Below are positions 1 to 9,600 of a stretch of DNA of 64,000 nucleotides, in pieces. Numbering within the stretch: the stretch's first letter is position 1; the number at the start of each line of letters is the position of its first letter. A model generated the notes under the pieces. The model was not told the DNA's origin. It made no database searches and worked only from the letters and a program-made list of their open reading frames with translations. The position numbers were made by a program, and so were the translations under genes. This DNA comes from an uncultured Candidatus Poseidoniales archaeon (GTDB lineage: Archaea > Thermoplasmatota > Poseidoniia > Poseidoniales > Thalassarchaeaceae). The DNA is taken from contig CAZNVK010000001.1 of NCBI GenBank assembly GCA_964576865.1, positions 50,697-114,696 of the forward strand, read 5' to 3'.

Positions 1-3000
1 CATCTTCGACACAGCCAAAGAACCGGTCTTGGCAGGAGAATACGGAACTCAAGCACCCGCTCCAACCACCGCTCGGCTCTACCTCGCCAACAACACGATT
101 GGCACCACCGGCCAAGGTGGATGTTCCTCAGTAAGGTGGTGGGATGGCCCATTCACCTGTCCGGCAATCATGGCTCATCGGACAGGTGCAACCATTGTCG
201 ACAATACGATCAACGCTGGTGGTACAGCAGACGGTATTCGTTCCACTGGTAGTCTGCTCGACGTACGCCGCAACACATTCAATGTGCAGGGGACCGGAGC
301 CATTCTGCAGAATTACGATAGTGGTTACGCAGGAGCTCAGCAATACGGGACACTTGCCTTCTTCAGCAATAATGCTTGGAATGGTGTCGATGTCACCTAC
401 AATATCTCCAAATCTTCCGTAACGGTGCAGTCCGAGTATATCCCCAGCCCTCCACCGGGAGAATATCCTGTTGTACTGAGTTGGGCAGATCAGGAGGCAT
501 GGTACCAGAATGAATGGCAAAACGGCGTCGTTCCACACGAGGTTCGAGCCTGTCCATCCTGTGATGACTACACTCCTTTCAATTTCCCACTGGCTCTGAA
601 CATGGACAATAACTCAACTGTGTTCACATTCTCAAACCTGTCGAATCTCGATCTCTCGAAGGTGAATATCCTCACCCAGCCCACACACTTCGCGGTTCAG
701 GTGCAGCGGGCTGAACTGGTTCGCTTCCAGACTCTTGTCAATGGGCAGCGAGTAGAGAATGCCAACGTCTTGATCGAGGATGCACACGGCAATGACCTTT
801 ACAGCCTCGAGACCGATTCCGAAGGATACACACCATGGTTCTCATTGGCATCTAATTTCCATCTGGATTTCAGAGGCCTCGCCGGCGGAGACAATCCCGA
901 TGGCTTTGCTGATGATGAATACGAGGATTCGTGCACCGACGGCGAGGATAACGATGGGGACCTGTTGATGGATACAGATGACCCTGATTGTGACCACGCC
1001 GCTGGAACTCGAGAACTCTCGCTATACCGTTACACCGCCTATCGCTTCGGATTCGGATTAGATAGCGGAGAGTTCACGCTGACGGATACGACATATCAGG
1101 ACACACTATTCCTCGATAATGCAGCCCCATCGGTCTCGGTGATTCAGCAGGACGGCCATTCATATCGTCGAATTGTGAATCTGACCGGTGCAGCACACGA
1201 TGGCACTTGGGCAGGAATCTACGAGACTGACGAGTTGGCTCAGTGGGATCAGAAGGGCTACGTACACGCTGTAGAGATCAAGGACCCCTTCACCAGCGAT
1301 TGGGCTGCAGCCGGTATAGCAACAGATGCAAGCAGTGCAGCACCCGGATACGTCTCTCGCAATAACCACCCGTACAGCAATTGGTACTACAATTATGACA
1401 TGACTGGCCGACAAGAGGGAGATTACACATTCGAGTTCCGTGCCTTCGATGGCTTGGAGTATTCGCCAATCATCACTCGCTCGATCAAGGTTAACACTGA
1501 GGCTCCATCCATATCGGTCTCCTCACCGAGCTCGCATTCCACGCATGCAGATGGCACGGTAACCTTCGAAGGAACCGCACACGATCCGTACGGTTGCCCC
1601 TTCGATTGTGGAACCGATATAGACCAGATTTACTTCCAAATCGATGGACCGAATTATCATGTCGTGACCTCAACAGAGGGTGGAACCGACTGGTCGTGGA
1701 CTTGGGATTTCAGCGGTCTACCTCGCGAACTCGCCACCTACACGTTCACCATTTGGGCATCAGACTCTGACTTCTGCAAGGGAGAGGTTGACGAGTGTGA
1801 AGCAGTGGTTCTCGACCTTGAGATCGACAATCAGAATTCTCGTCCTTTCGTCCAATTGACGAGTCCACAGAGCGGACAGATCTACGAGGTCGGTGAGAAC
1901 ACAATCATCAGTGGCGTAGCACGCGATAATGACGGTGACATCACGAGGGTCGACGTCGAGGTTCTCGATGTCGCGAATGGTTACATCAACATCTTCACTG
2001 GCGTCGTGACGGATATTGCCTCGAATGGATATTGGGAACTGGAATGGAATTCCGAAGTTATGACCCACAATAGCCAGTATCTGATCAAGGCTCGTTCATA
2101 CGATGGATACGAATTCAGTGATTGGATGGAAGTTCAAGTCGTCGCCGACAATCCTCCGAACGCGGACAATCACCGGCCGACCTTCGATTCGACTGGTTGG
2201 GCTGGGGAGGTCGACCTCTACTGTGAGACCGAAACAACATCGCAGAACCCATGCACCAAGGCAATAATCGATCTCCTGCAATTCTTCGATGACGAAGATG
2301 GAACCAATGGCTTGATTCTTTCAGTTTACGATGACCCGGCCCGCTCCTCAGATGACGAATTCGCTCTGGTGATCACCATCGGTGCAGACGGCGTGGCGGT
2401 GTACGACCCGAAGTCGATGGGATTCTACGATGAGGACATGGATACATGGTCGCTCAGCAATGTGATATTCGTCGCGACTGACCCCCATGGTTCCAAGGAA
2501 ATCTCAACCCCTGTGTCATTCAATGTAATTCCAATTGAGTTCTATGTAGGAGAACCGGATCAGACGACTGCTGGAAAGAACGAGGTCATCCTGTTTAGTG
2601 GAGTTGGCCTACCTGGCAAGACCGTACGAGTCACCTTGGGCGGCACGCAAATCAACTCAACAGTGGTATCTGATGATTCAACCTGGACTCTCGGAATCCC
2701 CGGTTCGATGCTTACCAAGACAATCTCGCCAGTATTCATGATAAGTGGCTCCGACCCGATCGAGGGCGCTGCAATCTCACCGCCCGCCGAAGAGGGTGGT
2801 CTTGGCGCGATGACTGTGATAATCATCGTCGTGGTTCTTCTAGCCGGAATCGGAGCAGCTCTGTTCTACAGCGGCGTCATCTCGTTCGAAGAGGATGATG
2901 AGGGAGAGTCTCCATCGGGTCAGGCTGATAGTGAGTCCCCAAGCCCGGGTGGATTGGTCCGCAGTGACGATCATCCGGGATGGCTCTGGGACCCCGTGAA

Positions 3001-3037
3001 GGAAGAATGGGTGCCCGATCCAGACCACATCGGTTGA
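1..3037 (+). CDS. Large cell-surface protein, 5'-truncated (beta-helix-like region, Ca-binding motif, Ig-like repeats, C-terminal TM anchor)
   Basis: ORF of at least 1002 aa, apparently open to the window edge. DGEDNDGDLLMDTDDPDC motif, repeated 'P.V.V.SP...G.A.D' Ig-like units, TM segment VIIIVVVLLAGIGAALFY and a Trp-rich tail. Confidence 0.75.
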   Translation, partial: IFDTAKEPVLAGEYGTQAPAPTTARLYLANNTIGTTGQGGCSSVRWWDGPFTCPAIMAHRTGATIVDNTINAGGTADGIRSTGSLLDVRRNTFNVQGTGAILQNYDSGYAGAQQYGTLAFFSNNAWNGVDVTYNISKSSVTVQSEYIPSPPPGEYPVVLSWADQEAWYQNEWQNGVVPHEVRACPSCDDYTPFNFPLALNMDNNSTVFTFSNLSNLDLSKVNILTQPTHFAVQVQRAELVRFQTLVNGQRVENANVLIEDAHGNDLYSLETDSEGYTPWFSLASNFHLDFRGLAGGDNPDGFADDEYEDSCTDGEDNDGDLLMDTDDPDCDHAAGTRELSLYRYTAYRFGFGLDSGEFTLTDTTYQDTLFLDNAAPSVSVIQQDGHSYRRIVNLTGAAHDGTWAGIYETDELAQWDQKGYVHAVEIKDPFTSDWAAAGIATDASSAAPGYVSRNNHPYSNWYYNYDMTGRQEGDYTFEFRAFDGLEYSPIITRSIKVNTEAPSISVSSPSSHSTHADGTVTFEGTAHDPYGCPFDCGTDIDQIYFQIDGPNYHVVTSTEGGTDWSWTWDFSGLPRELATYTFTIWASDSDFCKGEVDECEAVVLDLEIDNQNSRPFVQLTSPQSGQIYEVGENTIISGVARDNDGDITRVDVEVLDVANGYINIFTGVVTDIASNGYWELEWNSEVMTHNSQYLIKARSYDGYEFSDWMEVQVVADNPPNADNHRPTFDSTGWAGEVDLYCETETTSQNPCTKAIIDLLQFFDDEDGTNGLILSVYDDPARSSDDEFALVITIGADGVAVYDPKSMGFYDEDMDTWSLSNVIFVATDPHGSKEISTPVSFNVIPIEFYVGEPDQTTAGKNEVILFSGVGLPGKTVRVTLGGTQINSTVVSDDSTWTLGIPGSMLTKTISPVFMISGSDPIEGAAISPPAEEGGLGAMTVIIIVVVLLAGIGAALFYSGVISFEEDDEGESPSGQADSESPSPGGLVRSDDHPGWLWDPVKEEWVPDPDHIG

Positions 3038-3098
3038 TGAAGCATCGCGGTACGCTCCGCCCGAACTTTCTTGAGTGGTTCGAATCGCTCGCCGCCTC

Positions 3099-5627
3099 AT
3101 GGCGACCATGGCAGTACCCCGGCCGGGTGTGCAGGAGCGCATCCTGCTGCATCTGAGAGACTATGTGGACTATGCCGACAAGGTCGAAGTCCCCTTCGCA
3201 ATCTCTCAGATGGGGATCGCCAATGCAGTCGCCATCGCTAGATCCAACGTGCCGAGGGCCATCTCGGGCATGAAGGAGTCTGGGCATCTGATTGAGCGTC
3301 AGGCGCACGTGACAGGTGTTTCTCGCAAGCGAAAGGCGTATTTCTTGACCTCCGACGGGGTCAATCTTGCTGATGACATCTGGGATAAGGTCAGCGAACA
3401 ACCTGTCCGTTTGATTCATCCAGATGGTCGTGCTCAGAACCTCGATCTTCGTGCCGCACTCGAGGAAACTGAACTCCCTCTGCGCCACGTCGATATCCTT
3501 CGTTATCTCGACGATAGTGGTACTGTGGACTTGTCGACGCTATCGCCCGATCTTATCGAACGCGATCTTTCAAAGCATATCGAGAAGCAATTGGTGAATT
3601 CTCTCAACGACCTTCCTCGGATGCGACGCTTCTATGGTCGCAGCGGAGAGATATCACGAATGGCTGACATATTGGAGAGTGAATCGACCAGTTTGCTCGT
3701 TCCGGGGATAGCGGGCATCGGCAAGACAGCCTTGGCTGCTAAATTGCTGGAGAGATTCACCCACAGAAGGAATCTCTTGTACCATCGGTGCCAAGACTGG
3801 GAAGGGTCGAGAGCATTTCTGGAAGCCTGTGCTGAATGGCTCTCGATGATCGGCAATAACGATCTCAGCGATTACATCGCCTCTACACCTGTACCCCAAG
3901 TGACCATGGCGGTAAATCTCATCATCGAAGGATTGGAGAACTCTCCGGCACTGATTGTTATCGATGATCTTCACAAGGTCGCCGACGAGAATTTTGTAGC
4001 AATCCTTCGCGGATTGACGCTGAGAGTCCCCGAGGTCGATGAGTTCGGCCTCGTTATGTTCTCTCGCTCGTTCAGGATGGTTGTACCAGAGAACGCTTCG
4101 AGTGGTCAAACCGTGACGCACTTCCTGCCACTCGAGGGTCTGGATCAGGATTCGAGTCGTCAGATTCTTACCGCAATGCCCGATATTGAGTTGCAACAAT
4201 TCTTGCACATCTACACCCTATCGAGGGGTCATCCTCTGGTTCTGGAACTGATTAACAGAGGAAGCGTCGGTGAAACCTTCCACGCCACCCTTGAGGCATT
4301 CGTCGAGAAGGAGATTTTCAGCAAACTCTCCGGCCCTCAGAAGCGTTTGCTAGGTGCTATTGCAGTTTTCCGCGAACCGATGCCATTGGAGTCCCTCAGG
4401 TCACTTGATGCGGAGATTGATTTACTCGACGACCTGGTGGAGAAAGGGCTCGCTCGACGGATAGATTCAGACTTCTACGATGTCCACGATCTGGTCCGAG
4501 AATTCCTCGTTCGCTCGATGGATGAGTCGCTGAAGGCCGAATTGCATTCGAACGCGGTCGAGTGGTACCGCACTCGAACCGAGACCGCGGCTGAGAAGAT
4601 CGAATTCATCCATCACCTGAACGCCTCAGGAGATCTCGACACCCTCGCGGATGTCTTGCAGCGAGAAGGACGAGGATTGGTGAAATCTGGACATATCGAG
4701 TTGCTTGGAATTCTGCGCGGCCTCGAATCCGATGGATTCAACGCGGTTCACTGGGGTCTCATTCGCGAACTGCGCGGAGACATCCTCTCGATTCAAGGTC
4801 GTTGGGATGAGGCCGAGGAAGAATACGCGGCCGCGATTCCAGTCGCTCGTAAGCACAAGCGCGCTGCTCGAATGGCTCGTTTGCTGACTGCTCGGGCCGA
4901 CATCGCTGTCAAGCGCGGTGCCATGGACGATGCACTCGAACTGCACCGTCAGGCCTTGGAGATTCAAATTGGAATCAGAGATGCCATCGGAGCCTCCCGT
5001 TCATACATCAACATGGGTTACATCTTCCGCCGGCGCCGAGACACCCGTCACGCTCTAGAGGTCTACGGAAATGTCGAGGAGCTCCTAGACGCAGAAGATG
5101 ACCCCAAATTGATGGACGCAAGAGTTCGGCTAGCCGCAGCTTTCCTCGAGATGGGTGAACTCGACAGGGCGCGAGACCACGCTTTGGCCGCTCACGATGG
5201 TACGAAGGACAATGATATGGGCGCCTTGCATGCTCGCAGTAGAGCGGTTCTGGGTCGGTATTACGCCCGAATCAAGGATAATGACCTCGCCCTTCTCCAC
5301 TACTCGGCTGCACTCGAAATTCTTTCCGAGGCCACCGATCCACACAGCGCGGTCGAAGTTGAGATGCTTCTAGGTCAAGTCCTCAGCGATGCTGGCCGTA
5401 AGTCCGAGGCCGCAGAGCGATACTTGGACGGCCTCGCTGTCGCCGAAGCCAATGACTTCCGTCTCCTGCAAGGTGAACTACTCGCGCGCCTCGGCGAGGT
5501 AGAATCCGACCGCTCGGCTCGAATGAACTACTTGCAGCGTTCTTTGACCGTATTCCGCGAGCTCGGAGCGGTCGATCGTATGCGCGACGTCCAGACAGCA
5601 GTGCACCGCGCAATCATGGGTCACTGA
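3099..5627 (+). CDS. wHTH + STAND/NB-ARC-like ATPase + TPR repeat protein
   Basis: N-terminal HTH (SQMGIANAVAIARSNVPRAI), Walker A GIAGIGKT, Walker B LIVIDDLH, GHPL motif, MHD-like VHDLVRE, C-terminal TPR-like repeats. Start ATG 3099 or 3108. Confidence 0.8.
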   Translation: MATMAVPRPGVQERILLHLRDYVDYADKVEVPFAISQMGIANAVAIARSNVPRAISGMKESGHLIERQAHVTGVSRKRKAYFLTSDGVNLADDIWDKVSEQPVRLIHPDGRAQNLDLRAALEETELPLRHVDILRYLDDSGTVDLSTLSPDLIERDLSKHIEKQLVNSLNDLPRMRRFYGRSGEISRMADILESESTSLLVPGIAGIGKTALAAKLLERFTHRRNLLYHRCQDWEGSRAFLEACAEWLSMIGNNDLSDYIASTPVPQVTMAVNLIIEGLENSPALIVIDDLHKVADENFVAILRGLTLRVPEVDEFGLVMFSRSFRMVVPENASSGQTVTHFLPLEGLDQDSSRQILTAMPDIELQQFLHIYTLSRGHPLVLELINRGSVGETFHATLEAFVEKEIFSKLSGPQKRLLGAIAVFREPMPLESLRSLDAEIDLLDDLVEKGLARRIDSDFYDVHDLVREFLVRSMDESLKAELHSNAVEWYRTRTETAAEKIEFIHHLNASGDLDTLADVLQREGRGLVKSGHIELLGILRGLESDGFNAVHWGLIRELRGDILSIQGRWDEAEEEYAAAIPVARKHKRAARMARLLTARADIAVKRGAMDDALELHRQALEIQIGIRDAIGASRSYINMGYIFRRRRDTRHALEVYGNVEELLDAEDDPKLMDARVRLAAAFLEMGELDRARDHALAAHDGTKDNDMGALHARSRAVLGRYYARIKDNDLALLHYSAALEILSEATDPHSAVEVEMLLGQVLSDAGRKSEAAERYLDGLAVAEANDFRLLQGELLARLGEVESDRSARMNYLQRSLTVFRELGAVDRMRDVQTAVHRAIMGH

Positions 5628-5644
5628 CCCAATCGCTTGCCCCC

Positions 5645-6454
5645 TCACTGCGCGGCACTGACTGGTTCAGACTCACTCTGGCCAAGCAAATTGGAGAATT
5701 CAGGCCCGTCTTGGCCAGAAATGGAAAGCACACCATCGAATCTATCGCCAATCTGATGCAGAACTTCAGATTCAGCCAGATGGGGTGCGTTATTCTTCTC
5801 CGACAAGTGACATAGTACGATGCTGCGCAAGCCAGGGTGAAGAACCTCGGCCAATATGTCCGCAGTCTGCTCATTTGACAGGTGACCGCCGCGCCCAGAA
5901 ATGCGTCGCTTCAGCGAGGGCGGGTATGGCCCAGCAATCAATCTCCCGAGGTCATAATTTGCCTCGATAGAAATGTGCTCACACCCAGCCAAGTGCTTCA
6001 TCAGCTCGACGGTCGGCTCTCCCAAATCGGTGACTATAGCCGCCCGCCTCCCATCTCCATTACTCGCAATAATCCCGACATTATCCGCATCATCATGAGG
6101 CACAGGGACCGGCAAGAGACTCAGTTCATCGGCGATGTGTAATCTCTCTAATCCCTCGAAAGTCCGCACCTCGGTAATCGGTTCAAGACCCAAGCGCATC
6201 GCCGTCTCTAGATTGGAATACAAACGCGCCCCCCATTTCTTTGAAGCGCGCGCAGCTGACTTCGAGTGATCCGAGTGATGATGACTCACGATAATCGCGT
6301 CAATCGACTCCCCCGTAACACCCGCCATAGCTAATCGAGATTCCATCTGACGCAGAGAAAAACCGCAGTCGACCACAACCTTAGTCTCACCCGTCGACAA
6401 TAGCGTGGCATTACCACGGCTACCGCTCCCCAGATGCGTAATCTCAAGCCCCAT
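5645..6454 (-). CDS. MBL-fold metallo-hydrolase (YycJ/WalJ-like)
   Basis: LGSGSRGNA, VDCG, SHHHSDH, PHD, TDLG, IEANYD, GHLSNEQ and HLSEKNN motifs. Start moved to ATG 6454. Confidence 0.88.
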   Translation of the reverse strand: MGLEITHLGSGSRGNATLLSTGETKVVVDCGFSLRQMESRLAMAGVTGESIDAIIVSHHHSDHSKSAARASKKWGARLYSNLETAMRLGLEPITEVRTFEGLERLHIADELSLLPVPVPHDDADNVGIIASNGDGRRAAIVTDLGEPTVELMKHLAGCEHISIEANYDLGRLIAGPYPPSLKRRISGRGGHLSNEQTADILAEVLHPGLRSIVLCHLSEKNNAPHLAESEVLHQIGDRFDGVLSISGQDGPEFSNLLGQSESEPVSAAQ

Positions 6455-6678
6455 CGAACCAATTTCCGTGGCGTCGCGGTCAGGACTTGAATGAAACCCC
6501 ATTAATGCCCCAATCAACCCTACTTTCACCAGACCAGACGACCCAATCGAACCCTCCTCACACACACGTGCGACGGCATAGCCGTCGAACAAGCATCACC
6601 CATAGATGTCCGAACGACGCTCCATCATCGTCATAAGTCAAGCAAGAGCGCTCGGGAATGTCCAGACGAGGTCATATC

Positions 6679-9600
6679 ATGCGACGCAAGCAGACCGCGT
6701 TCTTTGTCACACTGCTAATCCTCAGCAGTCTCGTCTTCGTCTCCCAAACCAGACCACAGGCTCCGGTTTCCTCGATAGACCCCCCAGACGTCCCCGGACA
6801 AGGCCCGATGGCTGTTGACCAAGATGAGGACCTCATCCCGGATATACACGAGGTGATATTCGGCGAAACCCGCCATATCGAGACGCCATTCGGGATAATC
6901 GCCGTCAACGGGTTAGACCCGATGAACGGGTCGGACAATATCACCGATTTCGACCGGGATGGGGCGAGCGCCCTGATGGAGTATTGTTGGCCATGGACCC
7001 TCGACACCTGTTTCACCGAACGACTCTCGCTAACCGGAAAAGCTCCCGACGAAACCGAATCAGGGTTCAGAGAATATCTCGACCCGCGCGAATCCGATAC
7101 AGATGGCGACGGACTGCCGGACGGATTCGAGATTTACATGTGCACCGAAGGCGGTGCAGGCTACCAGAATCAGGCCACGAGCGAGTGGACTTGTCTCTAT
7201 TTCGACCCGCTCGACAGCTCCGATCAATTCGAAGATGCCGACCTGTGCGTTGAACAGGCGAGCCAGTGGGGTTGCGGAGATGGTTTCGATGTTGACCGGG
7301 ATGGCGAGATTGACCTTGGCGAGCGCTACACGAATACCGAGGAATACTGGTTCGGCGCACCCGAGGGCTGGTTGACCGAGCGCGATGGACTCTGGTGCGC
7401 TGGAAAGATTGCAAATCTCCACGCCGATGCCTGTCAAACCGAGGTCGAGCGACCGACAGGTGACGATGGCTGGTTGGGCAGCGACCCTAGGCGCATCGAT
7501 TCAGACCACTACACATGGAGCGAGTTGATTCCGACCAGTCTAGCGGTTCCAGGCGACGGGATTCCCGATGGCTGGGAGGCTTACCACGGCCTCGACCCGC
7601 GAAATGCCAGCGATGCTGTACTGGACAGCGATTCCGACGGTTGGGATATCGACCGTGACGGATTCATCATCCCAGATTCATCCATTGCAACCGCTCGCTG
7701 GGGCGAGGCATTCAGCAATTACGAAGAGTATCTAGTTCACCTCGACAGCGGAAATTGGGTCCGTCCCGGATTACGCGCTTCGATGCTTGCGATGAATAAT
7801 GGGTATAGCGGGACGGCTGGCGAAGTGATGTTATTCGACCAAGGCACCGATCCTCAACTGGTCGATGGTCGCGTCCACACTGTAATTTCGGATCAGGGAC
7901 GCGACCGTTTGATTATTGGGTCGGCTTATGGGATCACGACGATCGATCCCTTCGAGGGCACATCGACCACCTTCGAGTTGCCCTCGGGAATGGAAATGTT
8001 CACGATGATGAGGTGGACGCCTTCCTCGGATGATTACCTCATCATCGGCACGAACCACGGCCTGCACGCTCTAGAGATGGAGAACGGCCTGCCACAGATG
8101 GACACACTCACCGAGTCGAACCTCGGCATGGTGAAGGTGCTCGAGCGCCTTCAGACCGGCAGTGGTGACTTAGACCTCATCGTGCTTGGCCACGGCGCCA
8201 ATGTCTGGACGGTCACACTCTCTGAACCCGCATCGGGCCGTGGCACACCTGATTTCACCGAGCCGATTGCAATCGAGCCACTCTCAGACTTGGTCGCTGA
8301 GGCCGATGCCTCGCTGACCGAGGTCATACATGTGCCGATGGCGGGACGCGGTCCAATGATGATCATCGGTACCGACCGCGGAATGATCCGTTGGGATACT
8401 ACTGATGGAACCCCTTCAATCGGTCAGCCATTCTGGATTTACACCACTGAGACGGCCGAGGATTACGTTCAGTTCGCAGACTTACTCAATTCATCGAAAT
8501 CTGCAGTCGTCAATGTGATGGAGCTCGCCGGCCCGATAGCGACCGATGGCTCGCTCGAAGAGGTCACAGGCGTATGGCTTGGAACGCCTGGCGGACTCCA
8601 CCTGATAGACTTGGACCTCTTCGTCGGCCTGCCAGAGCAGGCCTTTGCAACAGACCGAATGTTCAACGTCGAGCGGTGGGAGGAAGGCGCTAACGATATC
8701 CGCTCGATCCTCGCCCTCGAAAACACCGTTCTTCTCGGCTCACGAGACGGCACTTGGGCGCTCGAGGGCGGCTCGCACGGCATCCTCGGAATCGTCGACA
8801 ATCAAACCAGGATGCCGGGCCTCGCAACATCACTCACAACCTTCGTCAACGATGGCGAGAAGTACCTCTTCGCCGGAGTCTCGCCCGGTCAATACATGAA
8901 CATCATGCCGATCGATCCGCAATCATCCGATTCAGACCTCGACGGCATGCCCGACGGCTGGGAATTCGCCTACGGACTCGACCCGACGGACCCCTTCGAT
9001 CGAGTCCGCGACGCCGACGCTGACGGAGTTCACTTTGACATCGGCGGCGTCGGCTTCAGCCGAGAATGGTCCAACCTCGACGAATATCGCTTCGTCAACA
9101 CCAGCGTCGGCGGCTTCAACGGAACCGACCCACGAAACACCGACACAGACGGCGACGGCCTCACCGACGGCGAGGAGTACTGGGGTTGGTTCGCCGACTC
9201 GACAGAATTCGCCTGCCACTACCTCAACGAGGAATACATCTGCGATGAGGAAGATGGGGAGGCGGCGCTGGACGTTCACCTCTCAGGCTGGTTGAACTCT
9301 GGCGCCGGTGGAGGCACAGATGGGCCAACCGACCCGACCAGCGCTGATAGCGACGGTGACGGCATGCCCGACGGCTGGGAAATCGAGCACCGTCGCTGGA
9401 TAGGCGACGTATACACAGGAGGCAACTTGTGGACCCTCGACCCACGTGACCCGAGCGACGCGACCATGGACGCGGACGGCGATGGCCTCGACAACCTGTG
9501 CGAGTACATGTGGGGCAACCTCCTCGAAACCGCCCTCGTCGAAGGCCTCCCAACCCACGGCGAAAATGCCAGCGCAGCGCAGAATTGGACCAAGACGGAC

